Shown: positions 25,572 to 38,560 of the stretch, piece by piece
Layout: every line of letters starts with the position of its first letter
Position numbering within the stretch: position 1 is the stretch's first letter
NCBI RefSeq assembly: GCF_001194135.2
Contig: NC_068996.1
Span: 7,856,488 to 7,920,316, forward strand
Origin: Octopus bimaculoides
Taxonomy: Eukaryota
DNA length: 63,829 nucleotides
Reading direction: 5' to 3'
The notes under the pieces: model-generated
Database searches by the model: none
What the model saw: the letters and a program-made list of their open reading frames with translations, nothing else
What the model was told of the DNA's origin: nothing
Translations under genes and position numbers: made by a program

Positions 25572-25909
25572 AAAGGTAAAACTCCCTTCGGTCATGAATG
25601 GACCATGGGATTGAACCTACAAAGTTCCCCTCTGATGTACAAGTCCAGACAAATTTGTTTATGGAAGACCAGCAGTCGTCCATGCATACCAGTCTCTCCT
25701 CTCTACACCATAGATGTTCTCCAAGGGAAAGGCAAAGGCCGATACAGCTTGGCACCAGTGATGCCGCAATTCATTTCTACAGTTGAGTGAACTGGAGCAA
25801 TGTGAAATAAAGTGTTTTGCTCAAGAACACAACACAGCTTTATCCAAGAATCGAACTCACTACTTCATGATTGTGAGCCTGATGCCCTAACCAGAGCCAT
25901 TAGCCTTCA
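25572..25909 (-). mobile_element. Family D tRNA-derived SINE inserted in the head of a family M SINE
   Basis: Minus: tgaaggc..tggctc.ggttagggcatcaggctcacaatcatgaagtagtgagttcgattc; 14-bp TSD gcagaatcattaaa at 25560-25573 and 25910-25923; second copy at 59090-59422. Confidence 0.85.
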
Positions 25910-27277
25910 GCAGAATCATTAAATAAATGAAATACATTGCTTTATTACGCTCCCAATGTAAAATACAGTAATTCTACTGGGGGTAAACTTTGCCTTTCAT
26001 CCTTTTGTGGTCGATAAAATAAAATACCAATCAAATACTGGGGAGAAAGGGTTGGAATAATAAACTGTTCCCTTGAGGCCTTATACCTCTTACAAATCAT
26101 TAAGTTCAGCCACATAGTCAAAGACAGTCTAGATTCCTTACTGCTATATCTCTACCAATAGCATCTAGGAATTTGTCTTCCATCTTTCTTATCGCTGTGG
26201 TTTGTGGGAAGGGGTTATTTCTCCCCAAGGAGAATAGATCTATGACTATAATCCAGAATATTTCTCTTTCCATCCTTTCTCTGTGAGAATTTTATATCCA
26301 TCTGGGGTTACATTATCTAATGGTCATCACTTTTTTTTTTTTCTAAGAGACATGGCATAACTTGAAGGAAATCTGACTGCTATTTCTAGCCAGATAAGTG
26401 ACCTGAGAGACTGGTCTCTCAATGGCTCATAGCATTTAGTGGTGATATTGAATATCTGAAGAAAGTTTGGGAGAGTCTGAAGGGAATGGGGGGGGGAATC
26501 GAATATCAAAATGTCCAGATAATATCTCGCAAAACAGCAGTAACCGTTTCCTTGGATCTGCCAATGTAGTGTGTGTGTGTGTGCATGCTGCGAACATGAA
26601 AGAGAAACTGAAAGGAAAGATAAAAGGAAAAACAGAAAAGAGAAGGGAGGAGAGAAAGAAAGATGGAAAATAGACGGCAGAAGAGAAATAAAGGAGAGAT
26701 AGAATGAGGGGGAGGGGGATAAAGAGACCGAAGAGAATAAAAGGGAGACTAGAAAATAGGGAAAGAAATAAAAATGTAGATAGTATAGGAAGGCGGGGAG
26801 AGAAGACTGAGTGGGGGTTTGTAAGCATCCTTGGAAAAAAAGGGAGTGTACTTCTATCTGTATGCTAAGGGAGGAAGGGAGAGACATAGAAAGGGAGTGT
26901 GTGTGTGTGTGTATGTGCATGAAAATGTGTCTCAAAATTCACTTGCAAATATGCTTACATTGTGCATGTGTATGACTGCCTTGTTGATAAAGTGAAATCA
27001 TGCGGAAATCAATTAAAGAAAGAAAGAAAGGATTAGATTAAGACTGAAATTTTATCGTACACTGATATCCAACTCGAATTGACAAAAATAAATTAGAATT
27101 TTTCTTTTTTTTTTCTTTTGTAAAAGAATTTCAATTCAAGTTTGAAATTCAATTTCAGATAAAATTGTAATAATGTTTGACTTAGATGAAGAAAGATATA
27201 ATTATATATCATATATATAAAAAGAAAAAAAAAATCTTAAAAAAAAAAATTAAAATCTATAAACTAATAATAATAAT

Positions 27278-27640
27278 AGGTGAAGGTGTGGCTGGGTGGG
27301 CAGGTAAGAAGCTCAATTCCCAACCATGTGGTTTTCAGTTCAGTCCCACAGCATGGCACCTTGGGCAAGTATCTTCTATAGCCCAAGGCCAACCACTGTC
27401 TTGTGAGTTGATTTGGTAAACAGAAACAGAAGGTCCGCGCGCGCGCGCGCGCGTGCGTGTTCCCATCACCACTTAACCAGTCTTGGTTTGTCTTCGTAAC
27501 TTAGCAGTCTGACAAAAGTGACCAACAGAATATGTACTAGACTTAATATATACCCCAGTACATTTTTTTTATCTAAATACCCTTCAAGGTAGTGCCCCAG
27601 CATGGTCACAGTCCAATGACTGAAACAAGTAAAAGATAAA
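27278..27640 (+). mobile_element. Family A SINE whose central microsatellite is (CG)9
   Basis: Head ggtgtggctg..gtaagaagctcaattcccaaccatgtggttttcagttcagtccc; tail gactgaaacaagtaaaag. Confidence 0.8.
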
Positions 27641-27854
27641 ACCACTTAACCCTGCCAAGTATTTTTAACAAGTACCAGTCATTATCTGTGGCTACAAAAA
27701 TAATTATATTTTGTTAAATGTGTGACATTCTGTCTGGTGTTATAACACATTTAGTATTTGAAACATTCAACATTTCTACTTTTAAATGACTCCAGATAGT
27801 CTCTATGGGAACATATGACACATAATCTTAAATATTCATAAGTGACAGTATGAT

Positions 27855-27923
<69 letters not shown>

Positions 27924-28596
27924 CATAAATTATGTGTGCATTATTATACACACACACATTCATGTGTGTGTGTGCATCCTGATAGCTACTGGACTAGTGG
28001 CACTTGTCACACCAGACCAATACAAGTTTGAAGGATGAACAATGTGGGACTGGCTCTACACAAACCGGCCCATCATTTAATATCCGTTTTCCATGCTGGC
28101 ATGGGTTGGACGGTTCTGCAGGAACTAGTGGGCCACAAGACTGCACCATTGCCCACTAATATTCATTACACAGGATGTTCAAGCAATCCAAGAAACTAGC
28201 ACCAATATTATCACGCTTTCTTCATAAGTCCAATGGCAATAGGGAAAGAGGGAAGAGATACAGGAAAGTACTGGAAGGCTCCAAATTTCACTCTGCACAT
28301 AAGTGGCCAAAGGGTGATGGTCATTTCCTACAGACCTCTTTGAACACCATGCAGTTGTATTTTGCTGAACCATTATTCATTTAAATGATGTGAGTACACA
28401 TACACACACAGAGTCTTAAAGCTAAAGACCAGAAGCAGCACTGCATTTTTATATATTTTTCACGTATGATGTGTTTCAGCCATCAGAGCTCAAGTTATAC
28501 TGGAGTATCAGTTATACAGCACTGAATGCTTAAATTTTTTTTAATGTTTAACTTAGTTGAATTTTCTCCAAATGTGAATTGCAAAGTCCCTAACCT

Positions 28597-29075
28597 TGAG
28601 AGAGAGAGGGGGAAAGAGAGAGAGAGAGGGGGAAAGAGAGAGAGAGAGGGGGAAAGAGAGAGAGAGAGNNNNNNNNNNNNNNNNNNNNNNNNNNNNNNNN
28701 NNNNNNNNNNNNNNNNNNNNNNNNNNNNNNNNNNNNNNNNNNNNNNNNNNNNNNNNNNNNNNNNNNNNNNNNNNNNNNNNNNNNNNNNNNNNNNNNNNNN
28801 NNNNNNNNNNNNNNNNNNNNNNNNNNNNNNNNNNNNNNNNNNNNNNNNNNNNNNNNNNNNNNNNNNNNNNNNNNNNNNNNNNNNNNNNNNNNNNNNNNNN
28901 NNNNNNNNNNNNNNNNNNNNNNNNNNNNNNNNNNNNNNNNNNNNNNNNNNNNNNNNNNNNNNNNNNNNNNNNNNNNNNNNNNNNNNNNNNNNNNNNNAGA
29001 GAGGGGGAAAGAGAGAGAGAGGGGGAAAGAGAGAGAGAGGGGGAAAGAGAGAGAGAGGGGGAAAGAGAGAGAGAA
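28597..29075. repeat. GAGAGAGAGAGGGGGAAA 18-bp minisatellite spanning a gap
   Basis: Units visible on both sides of N-run 28669-28997. Confidence 0.9.
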
Positions 29076-29981
29076 AAAAAGAGAAAAAGAAAGAAAAAAG
29101 AGAAAAAAGAAAAAAGAAAAGAGAGAAAAAAGAGAGAGAGTGTGTGTGTGTGTTCAACTTGGACAGAAATAAGGGATAATCATTTAAACATTCACATTGG
29201 TTTTACTTGTAAGTTTACTTGCAAACTAATGAAAATACATACATACATACATACATACACACACACACATCATTTAACATGTTTTCCATGTTGGCATTGA
29301 TTGGACAATTGACCAAGAGCTGGCAAACCAGAGGAGTCCATCTCGCACCAACATCTGCTTTGGCATGGTTTCTACAGCTTGATGGCCTTCCTAATGCAAA
29401 CCACTTTACAAAGCATAGAATGCTTTTCCTTAGCATTAGCAATTATGGGTTCCAAATAACTTGCACAAGACTCCTCAAATGAGGAGGAGTGCAGTACTAA
29501 ATGAAGTGGTTTTGTTGTCAGATGATGAGAGATTTAAAGTATGACAGAGGGATAGGAACATATTCTAAGGGAGATGCATGGTTACCCCTGTTGGAAAAAA
29601 GATGACAATGGTGAAAATGTATCAGAGCATATGCTCAAAAGTGTTTCAGTCAGCATATCAACCCCACAACACTTTCTCTAATACTCTTTATCATTGAGAC
29701 AAAATCCGTAGGGGAATTACTCAAAAGGAACAAGATATTTATTCATCAGGTGGCCTATGTATAACTATATACTAGCAGCAACTTTATCTAATGTCTGAGA
29801 ATTTAGTTTCTTCTTTCCCAGTGATGGCATTGACGATGAAGTAAACCAATTCTTGCATAGATGAGTTTATGAAACTGATTGCAAGGTAATATTATATCAT
29901 GGTCAGACACACACACACAAATACATACACTGAAAGCCTGTGCAGATGCTTGGTCTGAGAGAAATGTCATTCAAAGCACTC

Positions 29982-30182
29982 CATCATCATCGTCGTTTAA
30001 CGTCCACTTTCCATGCTAGCATGGGTTGGACGATTTGACTGAGGACTGGTGAAACCAGATGGCTACACCAGGCTCCAATCTGATTTGGCAGAGTTTCTAC
30101 AGCTGGATGCCCTTCCTAACGCCAACCACTCAGAGTGTAGTGGGTGCTTTTACGTGTCACCCGCACAAAGGCCAGTCAGGCG
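29982..30182 (-). mobile_element. RTE-LINE 3' end, young copy
   Basis: Nearly identical (reverse complement) to 41625-41806. Confidence 0.88.
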
Positions 30183-30722
30183 AAAAAAAAAAAAGGTTCT
30201 TTGATATTCCCAATAGACAATAGCAGATATGTACTTATTCGTATTCTTTTACTGGTTTCAGTCACTGGACTGACATTGGGATAGTGTTTATTTGATGAAA
30301 TCAACCTCATCACTTAAGTTAGGTGTTTATTCTACCTTATCCTTGTTGCTAAAACCCCTAACGTATAGGGTTATAAACAAATCAAAACCAGTGGTCAAGT
30401 AGGGATTGGCACAAGCACACATACTTGAGACTTCCAAAGTTTTTTTCTACCAAATTTATTTACAACACATTGGTTAACCTAAGGTTGTAGCAGAGGAGGT
30501 GGCTTGCCCAAGGTGCCATGCAGTGGGACTGAACCTGAAACCGTCTGGTTGTGAAGTTAGCTTAAAAAAAAATCAATCATGTCTCCACTTACAGACATGT
30601 ATATTCATACATATAGTCACACACACACAAAATGGCTGCTTGATTTAAATTTCAAATTGAGACAAATATCTATGGCCAAAAATTAAAGCAGCAATACAAA
30701 AGACAAAACATACCATATGAGG

Positions 30723-30754
<32 letters not shown>

Positions 30755-30814
30755 TAATTGTGTATATGCACATGCACACACACATATGTATATACATATT
30801 TCTTTTCTTATAAT

Positions 30815-31475
30815 TTTACTTGTTTCAGTCATTTGTTTACAGTCATGCTGGAGCACCAGCTTTAGTCGAACAAATCGACCCCAGGACTTATTCTTTGTAA
30901 GCCTAGTATTTATTCTACCGGTCTCTTTCGCTGAACCGCTAAGTTACAGGGACATAAACACACCAGCATTGGCTGACACACACAAATACATACAACACTG
31001 ACACAAATACATACATACACATATATATGGGCTTCTTTCAGTTTCCATCTACCAAATCCACTCAAGGATTTGGTCAATCGAAGGCTATAGAAGAAGACAC
31101 TTGCCCAAGGTGCCACGCAGTGGGACTGAACCCAGAACCATGTGGTTAGAAAACAAGCTTCTTACTACACAGCCATGCTGTGCATATCTTAACTTCTTTA
31201 TTTATTTTTGTCACTGGACTGCAGCCATACTGGGGGACTACTTCGAAGTAGTCAAACCGACCCCAGTACTTATTCTTTTAAATATCTTGTATTTTGGTAA
31301 ACCACTATGTTATAAACAACACACACAAACACAATGGACTTCTTCCAGTTTCCTTCTACCCAATCCACTCACAAGGCTCAGAGTTATAGGAGATACTTGC
31401 TCAAAATGCAATGTAGTGACTGAACCCAGAACTATGTGATTGGGAAGCAAACTTCTTACCACACAGTCTCGCCTG
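30815..31475 (-). mobile_element. Two tandem family A SINEs (about 30815-31165 and 31205-31475)
   Basis: Family A body and head motifs occur twice in the same orientation. Confidence 0.8.
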
Positions 31476-31929
31476 TGTCTCACTCATATACATATAAGTT
31501 TATTTGCCAACAGAGTGTGGCAGTCTTATAAAGAACGATGTTACTGTTGTTTAAGTCCTAGGAAAACATCATTTCCAGCTGGCTATCGACACAGTGTGTC
31601 CATATCGTGTTTGCAAGGGAGGTCATCGCTTCCATCTCCAGCCTTATGTGATACTCACAGACCATGGTTTGTGGGTGGTTACCCATCCTCAGTGCGAGAC
31701 AATCACTGGCTGTTGATGAAAGCTTTCTCCACTCGCAAACACTATATATTCTTTAAGTGACAGAGTCACTAATCTCGTATAGAGAAAAACAACTAGTTTT
31801 AAATCTACCAACAAGAGATATACAGTAACAGTACTAAATAGTAAAGTTTATTTGTCAACAATGTGGCGGTCCTATAAAGGACAATGTTACTGTATATGTG
31901 TGTGTGGTTCAAAATTGTACAAGAAACAA

Positions 31930-32030
31930 CACAGAGACAGGTAAGGGAACAAACAAGGTATATTAGTTAAACGCTCAGAAGAGATGGAAGTCTTTGACTT
32001 TCGAGCCTACGCTCTTCTACAGAAATGGAG
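31930..32030 (-). mobile_element. PLE pseudo-LTR-like fragment with hammerhead-like motif (31992-32026)
   Basis: Minus: tttCTGTAGAAgagcgtaggctcGAAAgtcaaagact..gagcgtttaactaata; homologous to 39566-39670. Confidence 0.6.
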
Positions 32031-32952
32031 AAAGGAAAATGTGTGGATTAACGGTTGCACATTGTGTGTGTGTTATGTATGCATGCATACATTTATATAT
32101 ATATATATGTACATACATACACTGCGTATATACACATAATGACTAAGGGAAAGCATATATATTTTATGCCAGTCATTTGACGGTAGCCCAAAATTCAAAT
32201 TCTGCAAGACCAACCTTGCCGTATCCTTTCGGTGTCGATATCATATGTACCAGATGAGCACAAGTGTCAATGTAATCCTCTAAATTTGGCCTTGTGCTAA
32301 AATTTGAAACCATTACACACACACACACACAGGCAACGTACATGTTTGTTAATAGTAATGAATGGAATAGTACCCAATACTCGAGGAGAAATAATATTTG
32401 TACACACACACACACAAACTAGAAGTCCCTGCTTAATTCATAGTGATTCTCGACTAATGGCATCGAGATACACTGAAATTTTTTGGGGAGATTGGGGTGA
32501 GAAACAGAAAGAATGAATGAATGGAAAGAGACAAAATACACAAATTATGGATGTCGGATAAAAGAATTAGAAAACAGACTTTATAATTACAACCAGAGAA
32601 GTTAATTACATAAAAATACAGACACATGCAATTATGTGGGTTCGTGTCCCACGGGTAACTTTTTAAACTCGATATTTACACGCTTTTATTTATAGCTTTA
32701 TTTTCTTCGAGATTCACTGTTCTTTTACACAAAAAATGCTTATGTATACATTTTCATATTACACATAGACACACAACCGACTCGTACGCAATATTTTTGC
32801 AATATTAAAACATGTTCGGTTTGGTAACACCAGAATGAATTCGAACAAAAGATATAAAGGGAAAAATGAGTGGAAAAGAGATGGTAACGATAGCGGACAA
32901 TTAATTATTCAAGGAAGATTTCAGCGCAACTGCAAAAAACTATCTATCTATC

Positions 32953-32986
<34 letters not shown>

Positions 32987-33882
32987 GTTTCAGAGAGAGA
33001 GAGAGAGAGAGAATGCAGATGTATTTTAATAAAAACTCCTTAATGTTTCTCTCTACAAACCGGGTCTTAGCTACCTCAGTGTTGCTGATAAAATTAATTA
33101 TGTCACCCAGCGAGAATACAACTGATGATACAATTATGTCAACGATAACAAAAGTGTTTTGTTTTTTTCTTTTAACGTTTCAATCGAATACTCTCTCTGC
33201 TGCAAACCACACGATTGACATCTTAAAACTTGCAAATATATCCATGGTGATAGACCTACAGGTTGCTCGTAAACATTCGGTTTAAGCTTTACTTCTGTAT
33301 CCATATCTGTGTCTGCTTTTCATTATGTATATATAAGATAATTTTCATTATTTCAAATAGGAGTGATGGTAGTGCGACGTCCCCCTCATACTGTGTGTGT
33401 GTGTGTGTGTACACAAACATACATAAAATATACGTGCCCCCATACTATATACATACATATACACAAAGATATATACATACATATACTTCCTAACACTATA
33501 CATCGACAGACTATTATATATAATGTTCCCCTCTACACTTATAGTTCTAACAGTTCTAACAAACACGACGTCGTTGATCAATAGAAAGAAATAACAGCTT
33601 AAATTAGAGGCTTTACTATGTACAGCAAACATATTACTGAATCAATGGAGCCACCATAAAGTACTGGTTATGAGCACAAGGCTTTATAATATCGCTTCAT
33701 TTGTTGAGTAATACATGAACGTACGTAGAATTGTACAAATTGCGTATATGTGTGAAAGAGAATTAGACAGATACAGAGAAAGAGAGAGAGAAAGAGAGAC
33801 TGACATACTGTTGATATCCTGATAATAAACAGGGAAATACACAACTAGAAAAATAAAAATATAACATTACAGCTTCATAACA

Positions 33883-33924
<42 letters not shown>

Positions 33925-33973
33925 CATACATACAGACGTGAGTGTGTGAATATAGATATATACACACATCTTG

Positions 33974-34012
<39 letters not shown>

Positions 34013-35229
34013 CATACATACAGACGTGAGCGTGTGAATATAGATATATACACACATAACGAATAAGCATCTTCGTGTTCACACGAGCTGCTAGAAATAA
34101 CAGCCAAATTTCTTGCTTCACATCAACTTAAGAGAACAAATTGTACATGATCCTGGGTTACCCGCATATGGGGGAAAAAGACAGGATGGTCACAAATGGA
34201 AGCTCTATAAGTCTACACTCCTTTATAGCTGACCTCTAGTTAAAATTACACACACGTGTGTGTATGTATGTGTTTGTGTGTTAATATTTCGTCTAGAAAC
34301 GCTGCCGTTACCTAAACAAACATATACGCAATTTAATGCATATATTTTTATGTTTGAGTATAGTGTTTGTATGAATATAAATTCATGAGTCTATTCGTCG
34401 CGATGAATACATAATGGAATAAAGTAAAAATATAAAGTCATTTTCTTTTCTCATTCATTTTCGTGGTTTTTTTTTTTGGTCTTTTATTGTTTGGAGATAA
34501 AAAGCTTTGTCATAATTTAAATTCATAAAATAAAGAAAAAAAACAGGAAACAGTTGAACAATTGAATATCAATTAGTGGAATAATATATTTCTATTAAGG
34601 CAACACAAATACGTTTAATAAATGCGTTAAGTTCAGACAAAACATTGAGGGGTGTACATAATGACAATTCAAGTGAAAATAGACAAGTTATACACACACA
34701 CATTTATGTGCAGCATATCAGTACACTAATTTACATGTTCATATGAAATGAATGTGTGTACACACATATATATCTGAATGCGCGTTCATGTGTAAGCATA
34801 TATATGTGGGTACATGAGTGTGTATATAATGTATATAAATATATACATATACATATTACACATGTATACGTACATGAATGTACGTTCATGTGCAAGCACA
34901 TATGTATATAAATATGTGGGTATATGTGTGTATATTACAACGGACATACATGTATATAAATACATATACACATACATGAATGTACGTTCATATTCACATA
35001 TGTATTTAAATGTATGTGGGTATATGTATGTATATAACAAAATGTATGTATATATATATATATATATATATAAGTACATTCGTAATTGTGTATATATACC
35101 CATTTATATACACATTCGTAATTGTGTATATATACCCATTTAGATATGTGGGTGGGTGTATATATGTATATATGTGGGTGTACATATAGCTGTATATGCA
35201 GTATATATATATAAATGTTCATTTGTATG

Positions 35230-35270
<41 letters not shown>

Positions 35271-37242
35271 GCTTGTGCATACAGTGTATAGTGTGTGTAT
35301 ATAGTATGCGTATATAGTGTATGTATATGTGGGTGAATGTATATATATATATATGTATATATAACACAATTTTAAACTATATATAAATTAACATAATAAT
35401 AATAATTTGCTGAAAAACGAATGAAATAACAGAGACATTTGGAAACACATTTTAAAAAGTCAAAATAGAAAGTGGCCTTGTCTTCATTGATATGGAGAAA
35501 GATAGAGAGAATGAATAAAAAAAGAAAAGAAAAAAGAACGTGTAGAACATTAATACATTATTAATGAAAGAAAAAATAGGGAAAATGACTACAAGAAGAA
35601 GAAATAAATACGTACCGTTAGAAATTAGTCGGCTATTTTAATTGGTGTATAAAATATGGTGCAATTGATATGATTTATGTCTTGTTTTCGTTCGTTTTAT
35701 GCTTTTTTTTCTCTCTTTTCACTACTGAGACATTAGCTAAATGAATCTAACTGTTTCGGCAACCATATCTCACCTTTGCTACGTTGTTGAATGTATGAGT
35801 GTAAAAAGCAAGGTGCGTGCGAATGTGTACATGAGTGTTTCCATTAAAACGTCAGTGTGGGAATGTGTCACCCATTCAAGTGGCGTGCGTTTTATCAATG
35901 TGGAGAGTCATCTCCCTTGTTTCTCTGGTATTGTCAACAACAGCAGCAGCAGCCACGAGCCGACCGGTTGAGCTGCATGCTAGAAATAGAAGGCAGATCT
36001 ACAGATCTCCTTCATATAATATTTACCGTCTTAGATGATGACAGGACCCATCAAATAATGTAGTTTTAGGCAATCCTTAAAATATGAAGTGATGGAACGG
36101 TCGCAGCTGAAATACTTTTGATCAATAGGTCTGCTCGTTTAGAGTTGACCAAGGGCTAAACAGCGGCGGCAGCGGCAACGGTGCCTATCGACGTAGCAGT
36201 CGCTTCGCTTTTCATTTTCTGCGTGTCTATCTCTACTGCGGTTAGCAAACTGTTGCTATTTCTTGACGAATGGTTCTGATGATAGTGATGACAGTAATGA
36301 TTGTCTGTTCAATAACTTATAATGGACAAAGTGCAAACCATGGTAATATGCAGGGGGAAGTGTGATAACACAAACGGTTATTTAACTGAAGCTCACCGTT
36401 GTCGAGCGTAAATGTTATAATAGATAGCAATTATTTATTTGAGAAATAAATTACTTGTTACGAAAAAAGAAATTATTGCTATTTGGTGCAATTAAATTTT
36501 GTTGTAGCTATTGCTCGTATGTGTGTGTGTGTGCATTTAACTAGATATTGTGTGTGTGTGTGTGTAAATACATATGTATGTTCTTGGTTTTGATTTTTTT
36601 CTTTTTTTTGTATTTGAATGGTGTAAGATTCTTGAAGTGAAACCGCATGTTGAAAACTGATTTTATTATACATGTAGGAGTGGGAACTGTTGACAATAAA
36701 ACATACGCAGTGATTGTAATTCACTTCAGCTGTGTTATCAGTCAATTAGATAATTAGTTCATTAATTAATTTATTGGCTTATCAAAGTTCTTCACAACCT
36801 GCGACTTTATCGATTACTACATGTACCTCATACATTCTCCTCCATTAATCGTTGTGTGTTTGTGTGTTCACATATAGCCATGATAATGATTTTATCATCC
36901 AATCACACTTAATGACACCACCCCGCCGCCACCAATTCGTCTTTAGAAATGCCCACCCCGCGTGTCCGTAATGTTAATCGCATCATCGCATTCACACCCT
37001 GCCACCAACTTTGACCATTTGGCCTTCCCCCTCATCGTCTTCCCCCTCTTCCTGCAATACCTTGTCTCTTTAACAATCCATCATGTGTTTCTTCAACCCA
37101 CTTCGTATAGACAGACCAATGTTTCTCAACTATTTTTCACCTATGGACTCCCTTTGGTTCCTATTTTACTCAGACGGACCCTCATAACCTTTTGATGTCT
37201 TGAAAAATCTAATATTTTTATAATTAAATATTATTCGGAATT

Positions 37243-37650
37243 CTCTTTTTACTCTTTTACTTGTTTCAGTCATTTGACTGCGGCCATGCTGGAGCACTGC
37301 CTTTAGTCAAGCAAATCGACCTCAGGACTTATTCTTTGTAAGCCTATTACTTATTCTATCGGTCTCTTTTGCCGAACCGCTAAGATTACGGGGACGTAAA
37401 CACACCAGCATCGGTTGTCAAGCGATGTTGGGGGGACAAACACAGATACACAAACATATACACACACATATATATATATACATATATACGACAGGCTTCT
37501 TTTCAGTTTCTGTCTACCAAATCCATTCACAAGGCTTTGGTCGACCCAAGGCTATAGAAGACACTTGCCCAAGGTGCCATGCAGTTGGGACTGAACCCAT
37601 GACCATGTGGTTGGTAAGCAAGCTACTTACCACTCAGCCACTCCTGAGCC
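37243..37650 (-). mobile_element. Family A SINE, young
   Basis: Full tail-to-head match to 2677-3088. Confidence 0.9.
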
Positions 37651-37675
37651 TATATATATATATTTTCTCATTTTA

Positions 37676-38083
37676 TATTTTACTTCTTTCAGTCATTAGA
37701 CTTCGGTCATGCTTGAACATTGCCTTCAAGATTTCTAGTCAATGAATCAACCCTACTATTTTTTTTTTCTTTTTAAGCCTGGTACATATTCTATCAGCCT
37801 CTTTGCCAAACCACCAAATTATAGGGACGTAAACACATTAGCATCAGTTGTCAAGCTGGTGGAGGACAAACACACACACACAAACACTCACACACACAAA
37901 CACACACACACACACACACACACACAACAGTCTTCTTTCAGTTTCCATCTACCAAATTCACTCACAAGGCTTTGGTTAGCCTGGGGCTATACCAGAAGAC
38001 ACTTGCCCAAGGTGCCACACTGTAGGACTGAACCCAGAACTATGTGGTTTGGAAGCAGGCTTCTTGTCACACAGTTACACCTA
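37676..38083 (-). mobile_element. Family A SINE, older
   Basis: Same motifs, more diverged. Confidence 0.82.
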
Positions 38084-38089
38084 AAATTC

Positions 38090-38560
38090 ATCATCATCAT
38101 CAACATTTAACGTCTGCTTTCCATGCTTGCATGGGTTGGATGGCTTGACTGAAAACTGGTGTGCCAGTGGGGCTGCACCAGGTTCCAATCTGATTTGGCA
38201 AGGTTTCTACGGCTGGATGCCCTTCCTAATACCAACCACTCCAAGAGTGTAATGGGTGTTTTTTACGTACTGCTGGCATGGGTGCCATTGATGTGACACC
38301 AGCATCAGTCACAATAACAGTTACTCTTGGCTTGACAAGTCTACACAAGCATGGTATATCACCAAAGGTCTTTGTCACCTGTCACCGCCTCCATGAGGCC
38401 CCATGCTCGAATGGTGCTTTTTACGTGCCACTAGCACGGGCACCAGTCAGACAACACTGGCATCAGCCACAACTACGATTTCACTCAGTTTGACAAGTCT
38501 TCAGAAGCACAGCATATCACCAATGATTGAAGTGTTCTTTTAACAGGCCAGTTATGTGAC
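38090..38560 (-). mobile_element. RTE-LINE 3' region with internal duplication
   Basis: (CAT)n tail plus 3' UTR; the block ttttacgt..gggtgcca..catcag.cacaa..ttgacaagtct..aagca..gtatatcaccaa occurs twice. Confidence 0.75.

Noticed and set aside
700-35369. Dozens of ORFs rich in HT, YI, CV, RE or LS (e.g. 700-1176, 12153-12714, 14315-14579, 17021-17638, 34786-35369)
   Set aside because: They are translations of CA/TA/GA microsatellites, not genes.
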